23,545 bases of DNA from an uncultured archaeon (GTDB lineage: Archaea; Asgardarchaeota; Heimdallarchaeia; Heimdallarchaeales; Kariarchaeaceae): the NCBI GenBank assembly GCA_964645535.1, contig CAZYCQ010000004.1, positions 7,229 to 30,773 on the forward strand, given 5' to 3'. The translations under genes were made by a program, and so were the position numbers. Positions 17,125 through 23,545 of this stretch are shown one piece after another. How positions within the stretch are numbered: position 1 is the first letter of the stretch; the number at the start of each line of letters is the position of its first letter. The notes beneath the pieces are model-generated. The model was not told where the DNA came from. It saw nothing but the letters and a program-made list of their open reading frames with translations, and made no database searches.

Positions 17125-18427
17125 TTTGCTTTAGTTTCTGGATAGTTTCCTTTTGAAAGGCCTTTTCATCCAACTCCATAGTTGAAAGTTCTTGGATTAT
17201 TGCTCTTTTCATTTTCTCATCCTTGCATTTGGTAAGTCTTTTCAAGAATATCTCCAAATCTTTTTGTGACTTTGTTGCTTTGAACAATTTGAGATGAAGA
17301 TGTGATGCAATGCAATAATTTTTCTCTGCAATGGCTAAATCAATTGCATTCTGTAAAATTGCAACAGAAGGGATTTGAGATAAGTTAAGTAACGTCGTCA
17401 AAAAAATATGCGTGATTAAAGGATTAAATGGAGAATCCTTTGGTAAAGAACGTATGGTGTCATAGATTTGAAGCAAATCCTCTTCGTTCAGGTCAATGCT
17501 CTCATTTCCATCAAGTAGTATCTTCACATTCTTGTAGAACACTTTCTCAACTATGTTATTGCTTTCTGATAGCTCCTTGACCTTTTTTATTAGCAAGTCT
17601 CTTGTGTCTTTAGTAAGAAATCCTAATTCATCCCATGACATTTGGTTTTTCATCACCACTCGCATCAGATCCATCAAAACACGATTCTGATTGTTTCTGA
17701 TGCTTTCCTGAAGAATCTGGTCAAACTGCTTTCCATCTTTTTCTGGGATGAATTCTGTCAGGAATGCCCTGATCGTTAACTCCTGTCTTAGGTTCGGGTC
17801 GTTTTTTATTTTTGAAGCGAATTTCAATAACTTTCTTTTTCTTTCCGACTTAGTTTCAAATTGCCATAGGATTTGGTTAATTTCCGCCTCTAAACGTTGT
17901 CTCAGCTCTTTTTTCTTGATCTTTTTCAGATTTTTCAATAGTGTTTTTCCAATCCTTTTACTTTCTTCTTCCTTTCCTTGTGAAAGAAGAATTTTCAACA
18001 ATGAAATCCCTAGTTGTTCTCCTTCTTCAAAATCCTTGCTCTCAAAATAGCTGGTGACTGCCTGTTCAAGATACAATGTTCCATTTCTGAAATCCTGCAT
18101 CAAAAGATATCCTTCTGCCAATTTCCGAAGAATAGTGCCCTTAAATTGACTTTCTTTCTTTTTGAACTGAATCTTTTCATTTAGAAACTTGAAAGATTTG
18201 ATTGCTTTTTCTGGTTTTTGGATTCTCAGATAACAATCTCCTTCAAGAAATTTCACCATTATATATGTGCTGAGCTCATCGGGAGGAAGAGTTCCTTTTG
18301 CAAGACGGGAATCTGCACGATTCAAGTACTTTTTTGCCAATTTCAATGCTCCACGGAAATTCCCTCCATCAATCATGCCTGTTAATGCTTCGATATCGAT
18401 TCTTTGTCCTTTAGGAACTCTTTCCAT
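17102..18427 (-). CDS. TPR/alpha-solenoid repeat protein
   Basis: TPR-like helix pairs FLEGDCYLRIQKPEKAIKSF, LRKLAEGYLLMQDFRNGTLYLEQA and LLKILLSQGKEEESKRI. ATG18427 has a GAAGAGG SD-like site; TTG18475 is the alternative start. Confidence 0.65.
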   Translation of the reverse strand: MERVPKGQRIDIEALTGMIDGGNFRGALKLAKKYLNRADSRLAKGTLPPDELSTYIMVKFLEGDCYLRIQKPEKAIKSFKFLNEKIQFKKKESQFKGTILRKLAEGYLLMQDFRNGTLYLEQAVTSYFESKDFEEGEQLGISLLKILLSQGKEEESKRIGKTLLKNLKKIKKKELRQRLEAEINQILWQFETKSERKRKLLKFASKIKNDPNLRQELTIRAFLTEFIPEKDGKQFDQILQESIRNNQNRVLMDLMRVVMKNQMSWDELGFLTKDTRDLLIKKVKELSESNNIVEKVFYKNVKILLDGNESIDLNEEDLLQIYDTIRSLPKDSPFNPLITHIFLTTLLNLSQIPSVAILQNAIDLAIAEKNYCIASHLHLKLFKATKSQKDLEIFLKRLTKCKDEKMKRAIIQELSTMELDEKAFQKETIQKLKQIIHSFSS

Positions 18428-18450
18428 ATATGCCTCTTCTTTCCAAGCTA

Positions 18451-18535
18451 TTATATTGTTTATATCATCAGACAAAATTCATGGAAAGAACTTCGATAGT
18501 TTCTGCCACGTAGAAAATTTAAATATAATATTAAT
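18451..18535. promoter_or_regulatory. Divergent promoter region (TPR gene / helical protein gene)
   Basis: Plus strand GAAAA-TTTAAATA (18513-18525, BRE+TATA-like); minus strand TATAAA (18464-18459). Each lies about 30-35 nt from the proposed ATG. Confidence 0.4.
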
Positions 18536-18557
18536 GCATCTGTACCTTGTCTGGAAA

Positions 18558-20414
18558 ATGCCGATGATCCTTTTAAACATAAATCGGGAACAGCCTTCAA
18601 ATTTTGATGCTCTTATTTCAGAGGCACATGAAATTATTCTCAACATTGATTCCCTTTCCCGAACCATTGATTTGTCAGACCCTAATACCCCTAAACTAAT
18701 GGTTCTGAAAAATCGGATCAAAGATCTTATGGAACTTGTTTCCAATATCGGCGACTATCAAGATGTGCAGGCTTCAATCAAGCAGGATAAAATCATGGAT
18801 ATCCAAAATAACCTGTTAATCCTGACCAACAGAATTTTCGGCATCAGCCAAGAAATTGACATGATGCTTTCCATTATCACAAATTTTCTTCTCTACCATC
18901 TCTGCTCGACTGCAGCAGCTACTCCCCATTCACAGGTTATTGGCGTTGCAAATGTACTTGCCCAGGTTCTTTCAAGTGAACAGTCAAATAAGGAACCGCT
19001 TTTGGAATTGAACCAGAATCTTCCTCCTTCAATGTTCTTCAACAGATTTGCTCTGAATTTCAATTATTTACTGACAAATGCTGGATTATATGCCTCTCCT
19101 ATCACAAGTCTTCCCCACATCTCAATTTCTGCACTAGGTGGATGGGCAGAAACTGCTCTGAACTCTTTCTCTGAATTGTTTGAATTCATTGACAAATACT
19201 TCTCAATCACGGATTTTCTCTCTTTTGACAAAATCTTTGATTCGGTTGTTCAATTTGATTCTGCCAAAGATGTCCTCTCGGTCTATCTTTACGCCAATGA
19301 ATTTTATTCTTCCTTGGCGGCACTTGCAGATCTCCTAAGTGGCATCAGATTTCCCAAAAATCTCCTTGGCTTGGAGGAGGACGTTGTCTTCAGCTCAAAC
19401 GATCAAATTACTACCACATTGGCCCGCGCCATAGAAAAGAACCATGAACGGATTCAAGAATTCATGAAAACAATTTATACCTTGTTTGACAACGGTCTTA
19501 TCGATAAAAACGAAAATCCCTACAAGGATCCGGAATTGCAACAAATTGAAATGGAAAGCAATGTTTGGATCCTGATCGCAAAAATGGGTTTGGTCATCCA
19601 AAAGCTTCTTTCAATTGAATCTCAGGTCTTTACTGATACATCCGATTCGAATTTGGAACATCGAATTCTTTCAAGTAACTTGGTAAGGGATGCTGTCAAA
19701 CAACAAATGCCAACCCTTGAAAGAGATTTGATCACCCAATTTGATGAACTTGAAACACAATTTCTTACATTGATGGGCTTTGAAAGTCCTGACCAGATTT
19801 TGGCGTCCTCTTCAAGATTCATACGATATCGTCATTTCTTCCAATATCTCATGTATTTGGCCTCTGCATTGTACATATTTTTTGAGAACGATGAAATCAT
19901 ATCTCGTCTCAATAAAGAATATTACTTTCTCTTCAAACCTCCTAACTCTGAAAAAAATCCTATAGGTACGATTATTTTAGGTCAGGTCTTTTGTATTATG
20001 GGTCTAGAGAAACAAAATGACTTTCTCATCCAGGAAGGAATCGAAATCCTCACACAAATCCTCCCTGCAATTCAATTCCAATCTCATCATTATATTCATG
20101 TCATGATTCTGATTGAATTGTTCAATGCCCACCTTCAGTCACTTTCCCACATGGAAATTGCCGAAACTATCAAATCAAGAATCTCAGAATTGCTTGAAGG
20201 CAATGTCTTGATGCAGGAAAGCAAACTTTATCAGAAACTCATCGTTTATACGGGACTATTGGACATTTACAAGGAAAGTGGAATTTTCATGTCAAATAGC
20301 GGAGAAAGACTTATCCCCTTTGACATTTTTACATGGCTGATGACTCCTGCGCTTCTTTTCACTCTTCCTTTCATTCCCTTGAATACTGCCCTTGATAATC
20401 TTGATGAAGGATAG
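18558..20414 (+). CDS. Hypothetical all-alpha-helical protein (~618 aa)
   Basis: Long ORF with Leu/Ile/Glu-rich helical periodicity and no recognisable catalytic motif. ATG18558 (MPMIL) is preferred because the GTG18267 extension overlaps the opposite-strand TPR gene. Confidence 0.7.
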   Translation: MPMILLNINREQPSNFDALISEAHEIILNIDSLSRTIDLSDPNTPKLMVLKNRIKDLMELVSNIGDYQDVQASIKQDKIMDIQNNLLILTNRIFGISQEIDMMLSIITNFLLYHLCSTAAATPHSQVIGVANVLAQVLSSEQSNKEPLLELNQNLPPSMFFNRFALNFNYLLTNAGLYASPITSLPHISISALGGWAETALNSFSELFEFIDKYFSITDFLSFDKIFDSVVQFDSAKDVLSVYLYANEFYSSLAALADLLSGIRFPKNLLGLEEDVVFSSNDQITTTLARAIEKNHERIQEFMKTIYTLFDNGLIDKNENPYKDPELQQIEMESNVWILIAKMGLVIQKLLSIESQVFTDTSDSNLEHRILSSNLVRDAVKQQMPTLERDLITQFDELETQFLTLMGFESPDQILASSSRFIRYRHFFQYLMYLASALYIFFENDEIISRLNKEYYFLFKPPNSEKNPIGTIILGQVFCIMGLEKQNDFLIQEGIEILTQILPAIQFQSHHYIHVMILIELFNAHLQSLSHMEIAETIKSRISELLEGNVLMQESKLYQKLIVYTGLLDIYKESGIFMSNSGERLIPFDIFTWLMTPALLFTLPFIPLNTALDNLDEG

Positions 20415-20485
20415 TTTCTATTTTTCCTTCTTCAAAACACCTAACCTTAAAAATGATCTAGTACCCTAATTTAATAAGGGAACTT

Positions 20486-21253
20486 ATGTCTTCTTCAAAC
20501 CAAAATCAAACAGATAGTCTTATCTCTGGGTTAATCCTTGTTGTTGTAAAGGAAATGGGGCCTGAAATCGTAGCAAATATCTCCCCGATTGATGATGATC
20601 TTGCCTTCATTACCGCTGCCCATCTATTTTCTTTGGCAGGATTGATGGACACACAAGAGGATGAAGATCGTGAGGTCATAGGACCAATTCCAGTCAAAAA
20701 TACCAAAGGTATTAAGGCATTGTTCTTTTTAACCAGTGTTTCACATCCTGAATCAAAGGATCAAAGACTTGCTGTACATGGTGCTCAATTGGGAACAATC
20801 CTTCTTTTTGATGAAAACCGTCTGCCTGAAATTCGAAGGGCAGTTGGTCTTATTGAGCCCTACCTCAAATCCTTCTTCAATAAACCAAAAGTGAATCTTG
20901 ATGTTAATGGTCTAACTGAAGAATTTGGAAAGAAATTGTATGACCATATCATCGAACTTGTTTCAAAACCGAGAACAAGGGCATTTTGGTATCAACCCCC
21001 AAACAAATTGATTGAATACAAGGATCCGTTTTACATCGATAAATCCAAAGACATTGTAATTGTTGATGAATATGAGAAGCAGGCATATATACTAACCTCT
21101 CCCAACACTTCACCGTTCGAAGCACGAAAATTGAACAATACTGTCAATCAGATGAATTTTGATCTCTACCGAGGTGCTTTAGGAATTCAGAAAATGGAAG
21201 ATTTTATGGAGATTGAACCTCTTCTCATTAAATATGGTATCAAAACCTATTGA
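20486..21253 (+). CDS. Putative longin/uDENN-like domain fused to a degenerate gelsolin-like domain
   Basis: aa12-160: GLILVVVKEMGPEIV..helix..IGPIPV..ALFF..KDQR..TILLF..helix, a uDENN/longin pattern. aa161-250: PRTRAF..LIEY..KDIVIVDEYEKQAYILTSPNTSPFEARKL..RGALGIQKMED..E, with gelsolin-repeat spacing. Confidence 0.55.
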   Translation: MSSSNQNQTDSLISGLILVVVKEMGPEIVANISPIDDDLAFITAAHLFSLAGLMDTQEDEDREVIGPIPVKNTKGIKALFFLTSVSHPESKDQRLAVHGAQLGTILLFDENRLPEIRRAVGLIEPYLKSFFNKPKVNLDVNGLTEEFGKKLYDHIIELVSKPRTRAFWYQPPNKLIEYKDPFYIDKSKDIVIVDEYEKQAYILTSPNTSPFEARKLNNTVNQMNFDLYRGALGIQKMEDFMEIEPLLIKYGIKTY

Positions 21254-22213
21254 TTAAGGATTTCCTCCCAATAATTTTGCTGCCCAAACATCGACCTCCT
21301 CAAGAACTTCCTTCTTCCCTATTTTGCCAGACCTGATGGCTTCTGCAATTTTCCTAATTGAAAAGAATATTGTGGTGGCAGGAACGTCGCGATCTTGGAT
21401 TTCATCTCTGAAATTTTCTAGAAGTCGTGGTATCTTTTGAATGTCTGTTGCTTTAATTGTGTCCTTCAGGTATTCGAACAGCTCCGGAAGAGTAAGCTCA
21501 CTAAGATTTACTTCCTCTACCTCTTTGATAATGGATGAATTGATCATGATCTCATCAGCTTCTTCCTTGAGGTAGCCTTTTCTTACTAATTGAGCAAGAT
21601 GAAATTCAAATTGCTCAACCATCGCCTTTTCCTTTAACTTGACTTGTGGACCTTTTCCACCATATTTTATCAGTGTGGCTAAAATCTTGGTTTCAGGGTC
21701 TCCTGCCTGTGTGAGTGCCTCAACAAATTCAACAAAGGCTGATGTGAACCTTTCATCATCACTTTCCAATTCTCTCATCAACATTTTTTGTGTTGATTCA
21801 ATCAATCTGGATGGCAATGATTCATTATATTGATTGACTGCATGTGTCGACACTGTTCTGGAACTTTCAGCAAGATCTCTTTTCAGCATATCATTTTCAC
21901 GTTGCAAAAGGGCAATTCTATTCTGAAGTTCCTCTATCTTCTCATCATTAGTAGACATGGTCTGCCCTCTCCCTTCAAACTGTTTCAATTGTTGCTCCTT
22001 CTCCTCAATAACCTTCGCGAAATACTGGTTTTCCTCTTCCAATTCTTTTTTGGCCTTGATCAATTTATTAAGGGCTTCCTCATAATCCTTGATCAATTCA
22101 TTCAATTCATGTATTCGCTGTTGTAATCCCTGATTATGCCTCTGTGCTTGCTCAAATTTTGCCTTCCACGCATATTTGGTGTCTGTGTTTTCATTCCCGA
22201 ACATTTCTCTCAT
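21254..22213 (-). CDS. Coiled-coil + winged-helix + small C-terminal helical domain protein
   Basis: aa~15-118 heptad coiled coil; aa~172-225 PETKILATLIKYGGK..KLKEK..FHLAQLVRKGYLKEEADEIMIN (wHTH pattern); C-terminal helical bundle ending VDVWAAKL. Confidence 0.6.
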   Translation of the reverse strand: MREMFGNENTDTKYAWKAKFEQAQRHNQGLQQRIHELNELIKDYEEALNKLIKAKKELEEENQYFAKVIEEKEQQLKQFEGRGQTMSTNDEKIEELQNRIALLQRENDMLKRDLAESSRTVSTHAVNQYNESLPSRLIESTQKMLMRELESDDERFTSAFVEFVEALTQAGDPETKILATLIKYGGKGPQVKLKEKAMVEQFEFHLAQLVRKGYLKEEADEIMINSSIIKEVEEVNLSELTLPELFEYLKDTIKATDIQKIPRLLENFRDEIQDRDVPATTIFFSIRKIAEAIRSGKIGKKEVLEEVDVWAAKLLGGNP

Positions 22214-22316
22214 GAATTTGAAATTTCTTAAGTAAAAGTATTTCTAAATCTCAATTGTTTAGAGAACGAGAGTTCAAAGAATTTTATGAAGAAGTTCAAC
22301 CTTTCTTACTTTTTCT

Positions 22317-23066
22317 TCATGTTTTCATCAATAACTTGAAAATTTTCTGATTAAATGCATTGAACCTTTTGATAGTCTCATCCTTTGCATCTGGTTGAAT
22401 GACTGCCTGCCCCAGCAAGAAAAAATCAGTACTTCCAAGTCTTGATATCAGCAGAATTTCCTTGACAATCTCATCGTTCCTTTGGAATGCAGATGATTCT
22501 CCGATCCACGAGGTTTCTATTGGCAATTGAGACATGATTTCCATTAGTAATGTTACTTTTTCCCGATTTCCAAGATAGACATGGATTATCCCATCATCAA
22601 GATCCCCCAAAAGAAGAGTTTCGAATTCGATTCCTTCGGCAATCAATTCATCAATGAGCTGGTAGGTTTCTGGTAGTTTGTCGATTGGAAATTGATCACT
22701 GATCAGGATTCTTTTGATTTTCTCTTCGATTTCTTTGTCAGGTATCCAAGAAAAAAGCGTATCGATGGTTAAATCTTTGCAGACAAGATTTATCACCTCC
22801 ATAAGTTTTGAGGTGACAAATTCAAAGTTATCAAAAATATCCGAAAATGCAACATATTGTACTCCATTCATGTTTGAAACTGAGATCCGTAATGTACCAA
22901 TGTCTGCCCTTTTAAAATCCAAATCTGATGAAAGTGTACCTGTAAAAAGCAAAAGAGCCCCCACTAACCCAGATAGCAATGAGGAATCTACCTTGATTGA
23001 TTTGTCGTCATAAAGATCAAAACCAAGTCCTGAATCCTTGTCCAGAACTATGATTTTCCTGATCAT
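22317..23066 (-). CDS. Longin-domain protein with C-terminal roadblock-like domain
   Basis: N-terminal MIRKIIVLDKDSGL..DSSLLSGLVGALLLFTGTL..three strands..helix is the classic longin pattern. C-terminal helix-FETLLLGDLDDGIIH-helix-strands-helix is a roadblock-like topology. Confidence 0.65.
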   Translation of the reverse strand: MIRKIIVLDKDSGLGFDLYDDKSIKVDSSLLSGLVGALLLFTGTLSSDLDFKRADIGTLRISVSNMNGVQYVAFSDIFDNFEFVTSKLMEVINLVCKDLTIDTLFSWIPDKEIEEKIKRILISDQFPIDKLPETYQLIDELIAEGIEFETLLLGDLDDGIIHVYLGNREKVTLLMEIMSQLPIETSWIGESSAFQRNDEIVKEILLISRLGSTDFFLLGQAVIQPDAKDETIKRFNAFNQKIFKLLMKT

Positions 23067-23091
23067 TCTAGTTGAGGAATACGATTTCTCT

Positions 23092-23101
23092 CTTTATAAA
23101 G
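23092..23101. promoter_or_regulatory. Palindromic TATA box CTTTATAAAG (likely promoter of a leaderless longin-gene transcript)
   Basis: Perfect palindrome 26-35 nt upstream of the minus-strand ATG23066. Confidence 0.55.
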
Positions 23102-23156
23102 TAGACGCCTCTTCCTCCTCGTATTACTTCCAAATCACAAGGAAATTTATTTTCCG

Positions 23157-23180
23157 AAAAAAACTTGAACAAGTTTTTTT
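23157..23180. repeat. Perfect 11-bp inverted repeat AAAAAAACTTG-AA-CAAGTTTTTTT
   Basis: Directly visible in the divergent intergenic region. Confidence 0.7.
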
Positions 23181-23204
23181 AATCAAGAAATCAGAGTTTA
23201 CACA

Positions 23205-23545
23205 TTGAATGATGCTGTACATGGTTCCGAGTGGACGGAATACTTAGACAAATTGTACGAATGGGTCAATTCACGCCTTACAGCATACCAAAATGGTGAA
23301 ATTTCCAAGGAAGAATATTATAGAGATTATGACTACTATAAAATGGAAATCAAACGGGTTTATGCAATTATAGAAGAAAGAAAACGCAAGAAGAAAAATC
23401 AACAACCAATTCAAAGCCAAGTTATAAAACCTGACCTGATATTCAAGTATTTCTATGAAAATGAACCTAACACCAAGAGTGAAACTTCATTGCCATCACA
23501 ACAAGAGACAACCGACGTCTCTCAAATGCAAGAAGTTCAGACAGC
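23205..23545 (+). CDS. Hypothetical protein, 3'-truncated (absent from the ORF track)
   Basis: The frame is open from TTG23205 to the window end (113 codons): NDAVHGSEWTEYLDKLYEWVNSRLTAYQNGEISKEEYYRDYDYYKMEIKRVYAIIEERKRKKK... It contains a SHOCT-like GEISKEEY motif. Confidence 0.55.
   Translation, partial: MNDAVHGSEWTEYLDKLYEWVNSRLTAYQNGEISKEEYYRDYDYYKMEIKRVYAIIEERKRKKKNQQPIQSQVIKPDLIFKYFYENEPNTKSETSLPSQQETTDVSQMQEVQT

Noticed and set aside
18267-18557. Head-to-head overlap of the 715-aa and 457-aa ORFs
   Set aside because: Downstream ATGs (18558 on +, 18427 on -) remove the overlap and leave a TATA-containing intergenic region.
1194-23013. Numerous 60-160 aa antisense or alternative-frame ORFs in the track
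   Set aside because: They lie within or largely overlap well-supported genes and lack motifs; they are shadow ORFs.
1-23545. CRISPR arrays, tRNA/rRNA, IS elements, integrases or defence systems
   Set aside because: I saw no spaced direct repeats, cloverleaf sequences, transposase/recombinase motifs or nuclease motifs, and intergenic gaps are all 170 nt or less.

Overview
AT-rich archaeal DNA, densely coding, with about 18 CDS (two truncated by the window edges). I found no rRNA, tRNA, CRISPR array or mobile element. The gene content points to an Asgard archaeon, probably Heimdallarchaeia; this is an inference from the TRAP-beta-like, Get3-like, longin, roadblock-like and gelsolin-like domains plus archaeal TATA/GGTGA signals. 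Layout: (1) 1-2097, an archaeal pilin/archaellin-like gene, a TRAP-beta (SSR2)-like membrane protein and a single-domain Get3/TRC40-type ATPase resembling the plant organellar GET3b/c clade; (2) an orphan chemoreceptor with a short signalling hairpin, then ltaE and tmk; (3) 6152-15619, a tightly coupled four-gene envelope operon: a Cys-free pseudo-transglutaminase, a 1332-aa Ig-repeat glycoprotein with TM+DUF4129, a stand-alone DUF4129 with an amphipathic N-terminus and poly-Arg tail, and a DUF4350 protein. It has a structured leader and lacks the MoxR/DUF58 partners usual for such loci; (4) folE and a C-terminally anchored surface protein; (5) 17102-23545, a cluster of eukaryote-like trafficking/cytoskeleton domain proteins: TPR solenoid, large helical protein, putative longin/uDENN-gelsolin fusion, coiled-coil-winged-helix protein and longin-roadblock protein. 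All family calls come from motif recognition by eye; no database search was run.
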